Shown piece by piece: positions 1 to 12,570 of a stretch of DNA of 64,000 nucleotides. The DNA comes from Octopus bimaculoides. Its lineage: Eukaryota. The position numbers and the translations under genes are program-made. The stretch spans positions 93,596-157,595 of the forward strand of contig NC_068994.1 in assembly GCF_001194135.2 (NCBI RefSeq), read 5' to 3'. Under the pieces are notes generated by a model, which worked only from the letters and a program-made list of their open reading frames with translations, had not been told where the DNA came from and did no database searches. Position 1 is the stretch's first letter. Each line of letters opens with the position of its first letter.

Positions 1-82
1 GTTGGATCTAGCTCAGTGTTCGTTGAGTTACAGAGGATAGGGACGGAAAATGAAGTATACGAAAAACTTTATAAAGTTTCTT

Positions 83-123
<41 letters not shown>

Positions 124-157
124 GCGTGTGCGTGTGCGTGTGCGTGTGTGTGTGTGT

Positions 158-322
158 ACGACGGACTTCTTTCAGTTTCTGTCTGCTAAATCCACTCACA
201 AAGCTTTGGTCGGCTTTGGTAGAAGACATTTGGCCAAGGTGCCACGCAGTGGGACAGATCCCAGAACCCAGAACCATGTGGTTTGGAAGCGAGCTTCTTA
301 CCATACAGTTACGCCTGCGCTT
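158..322 (-). mobile_element. SINE family A, 5' half
   Basis: Reverse complement of the 33075-33235 head; abuts (TG)n. Confidence 0.75.
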
Positions 323-554
323 ATTATAAATTGTCTTTAATATTAATTAATACTCCCACAGCGGTAAGCCAACAGAATCATTAGCATGTCGGGCAAAATG
401 CTTAGCGGCATTTCGTCCGTCTTACTGTTCATTCTTTCGATAAAATAAGTACCTGTTGGACAATGGGGGCGATGTAATCGACTTAGTCCTCCCCAAAATT
501 TGAAACCAATATTTCATACTTCCAGCATTAAATATGATAATACTAACTTGAATA

Positions 555-770
555 TTCTTTTCTACTCTAGGCACAAGACCCAAAATTTTGGGGGAGGGGG
601 CCAGTCGATTAGATCGACCCAGTACGCAACTGGTACTTAATTTATCGATTCCAAAAGGATGAAAGGCAAAGTCGACCTCGGCGGAATCTGAACTCAGAAC
701 ATAAAGACAGACGAAATACCGCAGAGCATTTCGCCCGGCGTGCTAACCACTCTGCCAGCTCGCCGACTTT
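555..770 (-). mobile_element. tRNA-type SINE 'family B'
   Basis: Reverse complement begins ggcgagctggcagagtggttagcacgccgggcgaaatgc; a partial + copy lies at 350-510. Confidence 0.8.
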
Positions 771-899
771 AACTTGCATAACATTAAGTAGAAAGTGAAA
801 GGTTGATGCGTATTGGCCATGTTTATACTTTCCCTAAGGAAAACAAAACTTTTCCGGCTCAGAATGGAATTTCAGGGAACACTAAACTTTGAATACCAT

Positions 900-1189
900 A
901 GTACTACTAAAGCAGCACGGTCCCGAACTCGCAGTCGCGAGTGGTCGATCCTACAAAAAGTGCGCGTGCGAGCGTGTGTGCAAATGAATACGGGTTAGGG
1001 TTAGGATTAGGATCTACCACTCACGACTAGCTAGCGCACCCTAACCCTAACCCTATCCTTATCCCTTACCCTAAACACGTATTCATTTGCACACGCGCAC
1101 TTTTTGTAGGATCGACCACTCACGACTAGCTAGCGCGGACGCGCAACTGCGCGACTGCGAGTTCGGGACCGTGCTGCTTTAGTAGTACC
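900..1189. mobile_element. Foldback MITE with long TIRs, 9-bp TSD (GAATACCAT) and internal telomere-like repeats; Mutator-type ends
   Basis: 901-939 gtactactaaagcagcacggtcccgaactcgcagtcgcg is the exact reverse complement of 1150-1188; inner arms also pair; GAATACCAT at 891-899 and 1190-1198. Confidence 0.85.
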
Positions 1190-1214
1190 GAATACCATTT
1201 TCAGCGGCATTTAT

Positions 1215-1252
<38 letters not shown>

Positions 1253-2384
1253 CATTTAAATGGTAGTGGTTACGGAGTAGCGTTTAGTTGTCATATTTCA
1301 TCAATGGGGTATCAGAGAGATATGTTCGATCAATGGGTTATGATTTATAACAGAGGATACGACGGATTGGGGTATCACTTACCACCGCTATTTCCCTCCC
1401 CACCTCTCACTAAAACACTCTATGGCAATCGTTTTATATCAACAAATCCAACTAACTCCATTGGCTCACCAATCAGCTTTCTACTCAATCCAACCATAAA
1501 CACCATTCAACCGTTTGTTCTAATTATCATTTCAAACAAATTGCATTTGTCTTAGATGCTGAACGCTCACTGCTAAGAAGAGGCCGTAGTTTCATGCAAC
1601 TCAACAATCTAAATGATTTCGCTCTAAGCGTTGAAACAACGCTTTCTTCGCCGGACGCAGTTTCTCAGGTTTTTGTTTCTATTTATTTATTATTATTATT
1701 TTTTGTAAAAGACTAAACAAATCTCAGGATGCCGACTTCTACAGCGAACTTAATGACGTAGCTGCTCTCGATGAACACCAAATTTAAGGTAGTTCTGCTC
1801 TGTTGGCCTGCTTATGAAGGAATGTGACCGTGAGATACCATATTACAAGGTGATATATAATATTACAATACATGGAGCTACATGTCAGACACAATAGTTA
1901 AAACGTAAAATACTCAAACATATTATATTGTGCATGAACCAACATAATATTGCACCAAGATCCAAATGCTAAAACTAATTGCTAATTTGGATGGAAATGA
2001 AGGGGGTGAAAAAACGTCCACATAACTATTTAGTACCTTATTTAGTTTTGAAACCCAACTATTAAAAGTGTTGGTGTTAGTTGTATGTGCAATGGATTAT
2101 GAGTGTTCGAACCCGATCTGGCATTTGGTCGAATACATTTGTAAGTGACATAAAAATATACGAGCGTGTTACAGAAACATATGAGTATGTATTTACAAAT
2201 ATGTAGGTTGCTTCTATATGTGTTTCATGACTATAAATGTTTCGTAAATATGTGTATTTCGAAAATATACAAATGGGTTTTACATAGATATATCTGTGCG
2301 TAAAATATCAATCTGTTTCATAAGCATATATGTAGAGAGAAAGGGAGAGAGAGAGGTAGAGTGTGTGTGTTTCATTAATATATA

Positions 2385-3150
2385 CAGGGTGCGGTAAATA
2401 AATTGTCGTCTAAAATACTGACATCTCATTTTAACAGATATATTTACCAAAATTACATAAAAATATCTTGAAATACTAAAGAGTAAATTTATCCAATAAA
2501 ATCGCCATTGGTTTCAACCACAGTCTCCAGACGACTTCGGAATTTCCTGCAACTCTTCTGAATGGTCTCCTTGTTTAAGTTGGTGAATGCTGCCATAATC
2601 CTTGCCTTCAGTTCATCTGTGGTGTTGCAAGGAGTTTTGTTGGTCTCTCACTCAACGGCGCCCCACACATAATAATCAAGGGGGTTGCAGTCGGGGGAGT
2701 TAGGTGGCCAGTTGTTAGGGGTGATGTGGTCACAGAAATTGTCTGACAGCCATGACTGGGTTCTCCTGCTTGTGTGGCATGGGGCAGAGTCCTGTTGCCA
2801 GATATAGGGTCTTCCAGCAGCCACTCTCTTGACCCAGGGCAGCACTACCTCCTCTAGGCACATGATGTAGGCCTCCGTGTTGAGTCTGAGGCCATGTGGG
2901 AAGATGAATGAAGGCATAACGTCGCTATCACTAGTGATCACTCTAAACACCATGATGTTGACTGGATATTTGATTTTTATCCCTCTTGGTACATGTTCTC
3001 AGATCGCACTGTCCTCAGATTGACACCCAAACACTCTGAAATGTTCGTACTGGAGCTTTCGGCGCGAATGCCAAGTACTACCGCAGGTCGTTTCCTAATT
3101 TCTGGCTGAGTGAATTGCGTCATGCTACTGTTTTTTTCTCACAGACGTTG
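2385..3150 (-). mobile_element. Internally deleted Tc1/mariner, maT (DD37D) family transposase pseudogene
   Basis: QQDSAPCH...WPPNSPDCNPLDYYVWG with 37 residues between the 2nd and 3rd Asp; premature TGA at 2648; C-terminus continues to a stop at 2489; HTH N-terminus from ATG 3123; TA+CAGGGTG terminus at 2383-2391. Confidence 0.9.
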
Positions 3151-3378
3151 CCCAACTGACACTACTATAGTGTGGAATCGACAAAACGTGTACTTCAACT
3201 CCATCATTTCCTCTTGTGGCTTGCTTTGATTTCTGGATGTGGCCATTATAAAGCACGGGTATAATTTTGATATATAAAACGCTGAATTAAGTGTTAGATT
3301 TTTTTTTTTCACTAAATTCAATAAGAAAATGAAGTGGCTATGTTAGGAGTGAGTAAAAGAAAAAGCGAAAGTCATAAC

Positions 3379-3416
<38 letters not shown>

Positions 3417-3632
3417 ATGGGATAGTGGATAAAGAGAGAGAATGAATGTATGATATACACAAACAGATAGAAAGAAAGACAGACAGATTAGAAGTGTGGT
3501 ACGGTGAAAGACAGAAAAATTATGAGAAGTGATCCAACAGCCAGACGAGCCGAGAGTGAAAAGTAGACAGAAATGGAAGGGAGAAAATATTAGAAACTAG
3601 AGAGGAAAGAGGGAAAGAAGTAAGCTGTCTTC

Positions 3633-3663
<31 letters not shown>

Positions 3664-4599
3664 GGTGGAGATGTAATGTTTAAAGAGGTATAGAGAGTGA
3701 GTGCATAATAGAGATAGAAAGAGAGGTGTGTGAGTGTGTGGGTATTTTAAAGGTTATATCAAACACAGAGCGGCACTCGTACTATTAGTTTAGGATGATA
3801 TATCGCGCTCATCAGGATAGCTCGTTTACAAGTTTTGAATTCTAGCCGCTATGAAGCGCGCGCACACACACACACACACACATATGGAGGAGACCCCCCC
3901 CCCTTCGGCTATAAATGACCATGGGATTGCACCTAGAAAGTTACCCTCCCAGGCACAAGTCCGGGCAAGGTTGATTTATGGAAGGCCAGCAGTCGCCCAT
4001 GCATAACAGCCTCCCCTCTCCACGCCACCAGTGTTATCCAAGGGAAAGGCAAAGGGGCCGATACAGCTTGGCACCAGTGACGTTGCAATTCATTTCTGNN
4101 NNNNNNNNNNNNNNNNNNNNNNNNNNNNNNNNNNNNNNNNNNNNNNNNNNNNNNNNNNNNNNNNNNNNNNNNNNNNNNNNNNNNNNNNNNNNNNNNNNNN
4201 NNNNNNNNNNNNNNNNNNNNNNNNNNNNNNNNNNNNNNNNNNNNNNNNNNNNNNNNNNNNNNNNNNNNNNNNNNNNNNNNNNNNNNNNNNNNNNNNNNNN
4301 NNNNNNNNNNNNNNNNNNNNNNNNNNNNNNNNNNNNNNNNNNNNNNNNNNNNNNATATATATATATATAATGCAAGAGAGTTAGGGGTTGAGGATTCAAC
4401 CCACTAAGGGATAGTATCTATTCAATATACTGCTAGGAGGGTACCCAATTATTGCTACACTAGTGTTATACCAAGTGTAATAAGTGGGTGCGGGTAAAAG
4501 GGGGGTTATTTTACCCTAAATTTATATAGCAATAAGAAAATGCAGGAGAATATGCGGTATCCATCGACTTGCAGACAGTGTATTCCATTGAATTAATTT

Positions 4600-5015
4600 G
4601 TTTAGACATCACAGCAGCAATAAATGAAATCAAATACTATTCTGCTGCAGGCCCTGGTAGATTGCCAGCTAGTCTCCTGAAGGAATGTTGACACCAGCAG
4701 TTCCTCTGACCAACCTCTGGAGAAATTCTTTAGACTCGGGTTATATACCGAAACAGCTCTTATCCCAGTCTGTCATCCCAGTCTGTCATCCCAGTTTTCA
4801 AACAGGGAAACAGATCCCCCGCAATCAACTATCGTCCAATCTCACTCACCTCCCATATCATTAAAGTGTTTGAAAGAGTGGTGTGATCAAGGATAGCTGG
4901 CTTCCTAGAGAGCCACAAACTCCTAAATTCAAACCAACATGGCTTTCGCTGCAGCAGGGACTGTCAACACAGCTCTCACACGACATCGATGATATCCTTA
5001 AAACCTTGGGATCAA
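4600..5015 (+). mobile_element. CR1/L2-like LINE reverse transcriptase fragment
   Basis: Frameshifted AGPGRLPASLLKEC..LWRNSLDSGYIP..VIPVFKQG..NYRPISLTSHIIKVFERV..LLNSNQHGFR; homologous to the 56.1-57.6 kb copy; contains a 13-bp duplication (atcccagtctgtc). Confidence 0.85.
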
Positions 5016-5311
5016 GCACACAAACACACACATACACGTAACCCCCTTTTACATACACACACATATATTCACACAGAGTTGAAACGCTGTTTGATTTATT
5101 TTCTCAGCGTACAATTTTCATCATCCCACTACCAAGTATGACATCATCCTTTCCTTTCTTATTCATAAATACAAGAGTATTATTATAGTAGATTATCTCG
5201 GTAACCATGGGAGCTATGAAAAAATACAAAGCCCAGCATCACCACCGGATCATTCTACACATCTGTGTAATTTTCCGCGCCGTTTGACCGTGAAAGAATC
5301 ACCCATGTCAA

Positions 5312-5369
<58 letters not shown>

Positions 5370-5384
5370 ACATGCCATATATGT

Positions 5385-5545
5385 CTTTTACCTTCGACTC
5401 GTTTCAGCCATACTGAGGCGCTGCCCGGAAGGGTTTTACTCCAACGAACCGACCTTATTACTTATTTTTTAAGGACCTGTTACTTATTCTATTGGACTGT
5501 CTTGCCTAACCGCTACGGTACGGGATGTAAACAGATCATACAAAT
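5385..5545 (-). mobile_element. SINE family A, degenerate 3' half
   Basis: Weak match to the reverse complement of 33320-33470. Confidence 0.45.
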
Positions 5546-5976
5546 GTTGAAGAGACGACTTCCAAGCTGCATTCTCTTGCTGTCGGTGCACTGTATATTT
5601 ATTACGGTAGTTTTGACTTTAAGAGTCCTTCATAACGTGAGACATTCACGTGTAGTAATGCCCTAATATATATATATATATATANNNNNNNNNNNNNNNN
5701 NNNNNNNNNNNNNNNNNNNNNNNNNNNNNNNNNNNNNNNNNNNNNNNNNNNNNNNNNNNNNNNNNNNNNNNNNNNNNNNNNNNNNNNNNNNNNNNNNNNN
5801 NNNNNNNNNNNNNNNNNNNNNNNNNNNNNNNNNNNNNNNNNNNNNNNNNNNNNNNNNNNNNNNNNNNNNNNNNNNNNNNNNNNNNNNNNNNNNNNNNNNN
5901 NNNNNNNNNNNNNNNNNNNNNNNNNNNNNNNNNNNNNNNNNNNNNNNNNNNNNNNNNNNNNNNNNNNNNNNNNNNN

Positions 5977-6022
<46 letters not shown>

Positions 6023-6029
6023 CAAGATA

Positions 6030-6185
6030 CTTTTAGTTTCCGTCTACCAAATTCTCTCACACGGCTTTGATTGGCTCGGAGCTATGGTAGAAGACACTTG
6101 CCCACGATGTCACGCAGTGGGACTGAACTCGGGACCATGTCGTTGGGAAGTAAACTTATTACCATAGAGCCACGCTTGTGCTTAT
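6030..6185 (-). mobile_element. SINE family A, 5' half
   Basis: Matches the reverse complement of the 33075-33235 head; abuts (TA)n. Confidence 0.75.
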
Positions 6186-6642
6186 AGAAGCATACTTCTT
6201 ACAACATAACCAGGCAGTTTGAACAATCATGGACAGCGGAATTCGATTCCACTGCCTTGAATCTTGAGAAAGTACTCTTAGTATATAGTTCCATGTATAG
6301 TCTCAAGTTTTGTGAAGATAGATGATGCAAAATGTATTAACTGTGTAACACATAATGAAAGTGCGAGAGGGTGTAATGAATGAGAGCGGTTTTTGTGTCA
6401 CACACACCCAACCCATTCAACAAGTGTCGGCCGTGCTAACGCCGTCGTTGAATAACAACAATAGCCACGGCGGCGGCGGCGGGCGGCGGCAGCAGCAACA
6501 GCAGCAGGCGACGGTGATGTTTTGTTGTTCAGTTTTCTGTCGCTCTTTACTGGAGTCACTTGTATTGCTTTATCAGGGTGGCGGCTCGTATCCGAATCCC
6601 ACCACACTTTTCTGGCCTCACCTCCATTGTTCTGAATATAAA

Positions 6643-6653
6643 ATGACACGTAG
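6643..6653 (+). CDS. Possible first coding exon end (MTR-R) preceded by a GC-rich 5' region
   Basis: ATG ACA CGT AG|gtaaca; phase 2 matches the 7135 exon; GGC/CAG-rich non-TE sequence at 6440-6640 upstream. Confidence 0.3.
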
Positions 6654-7134
6654 GTAACAAGCAGGGACGATAACAAAAAAAGAACATTGATATTTACACA
6701 GTTATTTCTACATTGTTTTGGATTTACTGAAGTCTTGCGCTGGCGAATGTTGCTCTTTTCTCTCCCTTCAGGCACCAATTTCTCTCTTTAAGGTCCCCCT
6801 CCTCGAAAAAAATTCTACGATTTTTCTGTTACCTTTCTTACCTTTAAACTCCAATATCAAATTTTCGTCCCAAAGTACATACATACATACATACCGACCT
6901 ACCGACCTACCTGTATGTATATGCATATACGTAGGCACGCTCCCGGTAAATATGAATTACAAAGTATTTCTATGTTCCGGCTGAACATATTTCTTCTCTC
7001 GTTTCTTCACGATTTCCTGCTGTCACTCTTCAGGGCTGTTCGCGCACCCACTTATATTGTGTTCATTTTTTGCTTATCTCTCTCCCTGCCCCACCCGGCT
7101 GTCAACTGTCAAATTCCCACGTAATTCTACGCAG

Positions 7135-7236
7135 GCTAAAAAAGAGAAGTGTGTATAATAGCTGGACGAATGTAATGGGTGTTGGATTAACTAAACGGAA
7201 GACTCTGACAATAAATGAACGAACCAATTTATCAAG
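7135..7236 (+). CDS. Possible coding exon (LKKRSVYNSWTNVMGVGLTKRKTLTINERTNLS)
   Basis: Acceptor ttctacgcag|G and consensus donor AAG|gtaagt; 102 nt, phase 2-2, no stops. No recognisable domain. Confidence 0.4.
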
Positions 7237-7520
7237 GTAAGTGGTTTATGTGTTTGTCTTTTGATATCACCTCACCTTTTTCCCAATCTGTTTCAAAGAT
7301 GCATTCTAAAGATACAATACATACATACATACATACATACATACATACATACACTTCATTACTTCATTATCACCTTTGAAAGGAAGGAAGTTATCAGTTG
7401 TATACATCCTGCATACATAGAGTACAGCTTGTATATACACTGGAATACGTCAAGTACATTAGTGTGTGTGTGTGCGTATTCTGGAGCACCTTTCGAACTG
7501 TTTATTCTTAAATACGTCAG

Positions 7521-7574
<54 letters not shown>

Positions 7575-7904
7575 GGTTGACAAAATTTCAGGTCAGTTAC
7601 TTAGCTGAAGCTTCGAAGTCGCTGTCAACTTTGTCTGGTTGAAAATAAACTTGGTGCGCTACCTGATATATTGAATAATTCTCCAATTAATGTTTCTTTA
7701 TATATACAACTAAACATTAAGAAAAACAAAACATATTCTAAAGCATCTAAGGTACCCTAGAAAATAGCTGGTGCATAGAGTGAAAAAATGTCACGCACAA
7801 CTGGTATATACTGAAACAGGTGTGTTGTGTATATCTGGGAACATATTTGTTAAAGTTTGTATATACGCAGTAACATTCCGGGTAATCAGAGCTATTGTAT
7901 ATAC

Positions 7905-8070
7905 TAGTGGTTCCCAACCTGTGGTCCGTGGACCCCTGGTGGTCTGCAAAGGTAGTACTGGGGATCCATGAAGACACCCAGTACTACAGACCTTTCAATA
8001 TCCTGGGGTCTATAGGAAAACTCATTTAAATGAAAGGGGTCCTTGGTAGTGAAAAGGTTGGGAACCACTG
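7905..8070. mobile_element. hAT (Charlie-type) MITE
   Basis: TIR tagtggttcccaacct / aggttgggaaccactg; flanks gtatatac and gactacat are only a degenerate match to an 8-bp TSD. Confidence 0.75.
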
Positions 8071-8268
8071 GACTACATCTTTGAAACAGCTGTTCATTCA
8101 CACTAATGAGAACTGTTTGCAATAAGATTAATTCTTTATTTCAGCTGAAGCTTGTTCATAACGACAACACAGACATCTGATTTTCAGTGATGGCTTTACA
8201 TATTAACCCACGGCCAACGTAGTGTGTGTGTGTGTGTGTGTGTGGGTGTGGGTGTGGGTGAGGATGCA

Positions 8269-8306
<38 letters not shown>

Positions 8307-8313
8307 TGTAAAA

Positions 8314-8358
<45 letters not shown>

Positions 8359-8424
8359 TGTACGCACATGTGTGTGTGTGTCGACTTATATATGTGTGAT
8401 AGAATGTGAATATCTTGTTTTTAC

Positions 8425-8624
8425 CTTTTACTTGATTTTGTTGTTAGGCTGTGGCCATGCTGGGGCACCACCTTGAAGAATTTTAGTCGAAAGAATCAAC
8501 CCCAGTACTAATTTTTTAAAAGCTTGTTACTTATTCTGTCGGTATCTTTTGCCGAACCGCTAAGTTATAGGGGATATAAACACACCAACACCGGTTGTCA
8601 AGCAGTGGTAGAGGGCAGGCACAG

Positions 8625-8687
<63 letters not shown>

Positions 8688-8875
8688 ACGGGTAATCTCT
8701 GTGGTTCTGTCCTATGGTTGGAGAGGGTCGATATATCGGATTGGATATTTCAGTTGCGAACACAGAGAAAACTAACCCTATGAGTATTTAGCGCCTCGCA
8801 GTGGTACTGAACCCGGAACCATGTAGTTGGAAAGCAAACTGCTTACCAGATAGCCACACAGTCACGCCTGTGCTT
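8425..8875 (-). mobile_element. SINE family A copy with part of the head replaced by unrelated sequence
   Basis: 3' half at 8425-8625, microsatellite, unrelated 8690-8790, head remnant at 8795-8875. Confidence 0.7.
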
Positions 8876-9075
8876 GCTCATATATATTATATAATATGTA
8901 CACTGTGTGTGTGTGTCCGTGTGTGTGCGCGTGCTTTGTGGCGGTGTGCGACAAATGGCTTAGCTGGTTCTTTAAAGCTGTTTATTGTATAGGTACACCA
9001 TATTGCACCAAAGAGGCGACTAAAAGCGTTGGCACTCAACAAAACACTACACACAAAGTAGAACCATATCCAATA

Positions 9076-9100
<25 letters not shown>

Positions 9101-9106
<6 letters not shown>

Positions 9107-11790
9107 ATAGGGCTTCCTTCGGTCAGAGCTGACCATGGGTAGTATCATTGCTGTTTTCAGCTCAGCCAGAACAGTGTCTCCGGTGACTAAACAGACCTAT
9201 ATGTGGATGACAACCTCTGTCACAGACCACATTTCTATACAGTCTTCGGTCTGTTGCAGTTAATGCGCTCTATTTGCCGGGCTCGCTTGTGTGCTACTGT
9301 ACTCATTAACCTCTTTTCCCCCTGACTTGCGGTGTTCACTCAAGGTGCTCCTCCACGTTGGCCGATCAGCTGGAGGTTCTCCCATTACTCTGCGTTGAAG
9401 ACAAAGACCTTCAAATCTCCTTTTACAACATCCCTGTATTGTAGCCGAAGTCAATGACTCGTGTGAATACCTTGGCGACGATACTGAGAAGGGAGATTCC
9501 CCTGAAGTTGTTGCAGTCGCTTCTTTCACCCTTGGTCTTGTAGAGGGTGATAGTCTTGGAATAACACCTTCTTGCCAGAACTGACAGAAGACCCCATGCA
9601 GTGGCTGCAGTAGGGTAGTCTTGCATTGCTTGATCAGGTCTAGGGGAATCCCATCGCTGCCCGGGGCCTTGCCCGAGACCAAGCCATCTATAGCCTTGCT
9701 AAACTCAGTCAGGGTTGACTCAGCATCAAGCTCTTCCATGATGCCACTCAATGGCATCGAGAGCCGAGTGGGACACAGTGTTCTGTCTGGAGTAGAGGTC
9801 AGAGTAATGTTCCACCCATTTCTCCATCTGCTGACTTCTGTCAGTGATTATTTCCCCACTGCTGAATTTCAGGGGAACTGTCTTGCTCTGAACTGGTCCT
9901 AGTGCCTTCTTCATTCCTCTTTACATGCTTCTGATGTTCCCTGTTAGTGAGGACATCCAGACAGCCGCCCTGAGTTGTGTCCAATACTCACTGGCACAGC
10001 GCCTGACAGTCCATTCTTCTTTGCCTCTGGCAGCCCTGACGATCTGCAGGTTCCTCTTGCTGGGTGGTCGCTTTTACTCAGCTACTGCAGCACGTTTAGC
10101 CGCAATAACAGGGGTCATCTTGATGGACTTGGCCTCAAACCAGTCGCGCGAATTCGAGACCCTCTTTCCAAAGGTAGCCGAGGTTGTGTTGTGCATGATG
10201 TTTCGCAGAATTTCCCACTTTTTTGTGGCAGTCTGCTGGCTGCAAGGTGCAAAGCTCTTTCTTAAAAGCCGCCGTGAATTGCCCTTCATTGTCCGGTTGA
10301 GACATCTTGCTGACATTAAGGCAGGGATTCCCCTGTTTCTTGACTCTATAGAATCTCCTCAGGTGCAGTCGGATTTTACAACACACCAAGGATCACAGTC
10401 TGCACTGTGGTCAGAGCGTGTTGAGAACATTCTTGATGGCGGTACTTCTTATCAAAGTGAGGTCCAGCTGATGCTTGTACTTTGAGTGTGGATGTTTCCA
10501 CACTCAAACCTTGTCTTATGGTTTGGTGCGTAAGTAGGAGTTGGCGATGCACAAGTTGCGTTGGGTACACAAGTTGCGTTGGGTACACAAGTTGCGTTGG
10601 GTGCACAGCTCGAGAAGGTGCTGTCCATTAACACTCATTTTCCCCTCACCAGACTGTCCAAGGTAGGGTGGAAGGCTATGATTCATAATCTACACCCAAT
10701 CTGGTATTGAAATCTCCCAGGCGAATAAGTTGTTCCTTGCTGGGGATGTTGTTGTTGGTGGATGTAAGGTTCTCAGAGAACTTGCCCCTTGTGTCTGATG
10801 TGGCGGACAGTGTCTGTGCATACACACTGATAAGGATCATGGGACTTGTGGTGGTGTTGAGAAGAAGAGTCAGGGGCGTCGCTGAGCTGTCGTTGCCTGG
10901 TTCTGTTCCTCACTGCAAGGCGCACTCCGCGCCCTCTGGGCACGTCTGAGCCATTCCACTGCCAGTAAAACGTGTAGCCCTTTTCCTTCAGTGTACCTGA
11001 GTCTACCAGCCGTGTTTCCTGAAGGGTGGCAATGTCCATATTCAGCCTCTTCAATTCATGGCTGTTTTTCTGTAGTCACTTATGTTCAGTATGTTGTCGG
11101 AAAGGTCGGTTATCTTTGTCCGGACAATCCAAGTTATCTGTTTTAAAGATGGTCGCTTTTGTTGTTTTGCTGTTTTATCTGGTACAGAGTTTGTCGTCTG
11201 TTATTCGGATGGATCCTAATCCTTGTGCATCCAATGAGGAAAGCAGGCAGTGACGGGACAGCACCTTACTAGCTTAAGGTAGGCGATAGCTATCCAGTGA
11301 GATCCGAAAATCTCTTCCACCGTCGGGCGAAACCCCCGGCGCGTTGCCTAACGCCAATGATTGAAACTTTATCGACAGCAACTGCTACTCCCCGTTTTGT
11401 GTCCACGCTGTAGGCGAAGCTGGAGTGTCTTCTCCTGGTGTTCGGTGCGGGTGTGTTGATGAATGATGTGTAGTGGTGGTCGGATCTAAACCTGAGCGAT
11501 GTAGTATGAGGGACAGAATGTTGCCTATGCACAACACTACTGGTTCCAAAAGAACAGCAGGGCTGTTACAGTTTGGCAGCAGCCCTGTCACAAGAGCTGC
11601 CAGAATAAAGTTGCAATCAACGACGAACTGCCGTAGGGGCACCAACTCCGGATTTTTCCGCCGAGATTTACTACTGAAGTCTTCCTATGACTGGGTAACA
11701 CTGCAAAATACCAGAGGTTTGGAGTTAGAGTTTTCCTTCTCCTAGATGGACTGCGTGCCAAGGCTAACGATCTTTGCTTGTCCTCATGTG
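9101..11790 (-). mobile_element. RTE-clade LINE, decayed, with most of the RT deleted
   Basis: APE motif KRLNMDIATLQETRL..SGTLKEKGYTFYWQ (10773-11054); RT start GKAPGSDGIP..TITLYKTKGERSDCNNFRGISLLSIVAKVF; abrupt jump near 9455 to the C-terminal region and CxxC..HIGLFSH finger; 3' UTR ends in a microsatellite; long 5' UTR. Confidence 0.9.
10549..10608. repeat. 18-bp triplication inside the RTE endonuclease region
   Basis: cacaagttgcgttgggta x3. Confidence 0.9.
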
Positions 11791-12570
11791 GTAGGCAGTA
11801 CTGGGTTACATGGTAGCCAGTAGTAGGAAAAAATCAAGGAAATCAGAAAAACCTGACTTGACTGTAACATAGATATGTGCATGCTATTGGATAGCTGTTG
11901 ATTCACATGAGTTCTTCCGCCCTTTGACAGATTTTGTTTTTTATCCTACAGGATGTCCAATAATCACCGTCCTCACCAAGCAAGCCTGGTGGGGTTACCG
12001 ATTTAGTCGCCGACAATCCGATCATGCAACACGTTGTACTAGGTTACTTGTTAGCAGTAGCACTCGGAAGTGACCTGACATATATGTGTGTGTATGGGAA
12101 ATCTATATATATCGTATAAATGTATATCAGGCACGTGCACCACAGCCATATGTGCGCGATATGGTGATCTCTTGTCAAGATAAACAGCACATGACCTTGC
12201 AGGTAAAACCCAGTTAGAATTTTCTCCAGGTCGAGTGCCCATCCCACTCAAAAGGTCCCTGAATAAAGTCCGTTTAAGGATGTTGAACGAAACATTCTTG
12301 TTTTCAAAGGTGAATTATTCAAACGCCAAAGAATTTCTCTCAACACAGCTATGATGCTCCCCCAACTACTTCTGCTCTTGATCAGAGATGCCCATATCGT
12401 CAGCCACTAAGGGACAGGCCAAACAACTGACAAGCAAATCTGTGGTATTGAGCAGAATATTTGCTGTAGCTCGTCTTTTACACCAAAACAAAACATGCAC
12501 ATGATAACACTTTCAATCAGTTAAGATCAGAATCCATGAGAGCCAGCGCTTGGTATTGCATCGGGGCCAA
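11790..12570. repeat. Interspersed repeat 'family C', long copy (possibly a non-LTR 5' UTR derivative)
   Basis: 12125-12565 aligns by eye with 36530-36806; no coding capacity seen; classification is inference. Confidence 0.6.

Noticed and set aside
992-1075. Head-to-head TTAGGG/CCCTAA as a chromosome end-fusion scar
   Set aside because: Only a few units, and they sit inside a TIR element with a TSD.
3795-3820. CTGATGAG on the - strand (and ctgataag...gaaac at ~27848) as hammerheads
   Set aside because: No stem II closing onto GAAA; incomplete cores.
11700-11800. Self-cleaving ribozyme (HDV-like or twister) in the RTE 5' UTR
   Set aside because: Such ribozymes are known in RTE elements, but I could not draw the required pseudoknot by hand; an Infernal search would be needed.
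11951-12041. Strong splice acceptor and open frame suggesting an exon
   Set aside because: It appears to lie within the long family-C repeat, and its open phase does not fit the gene model.
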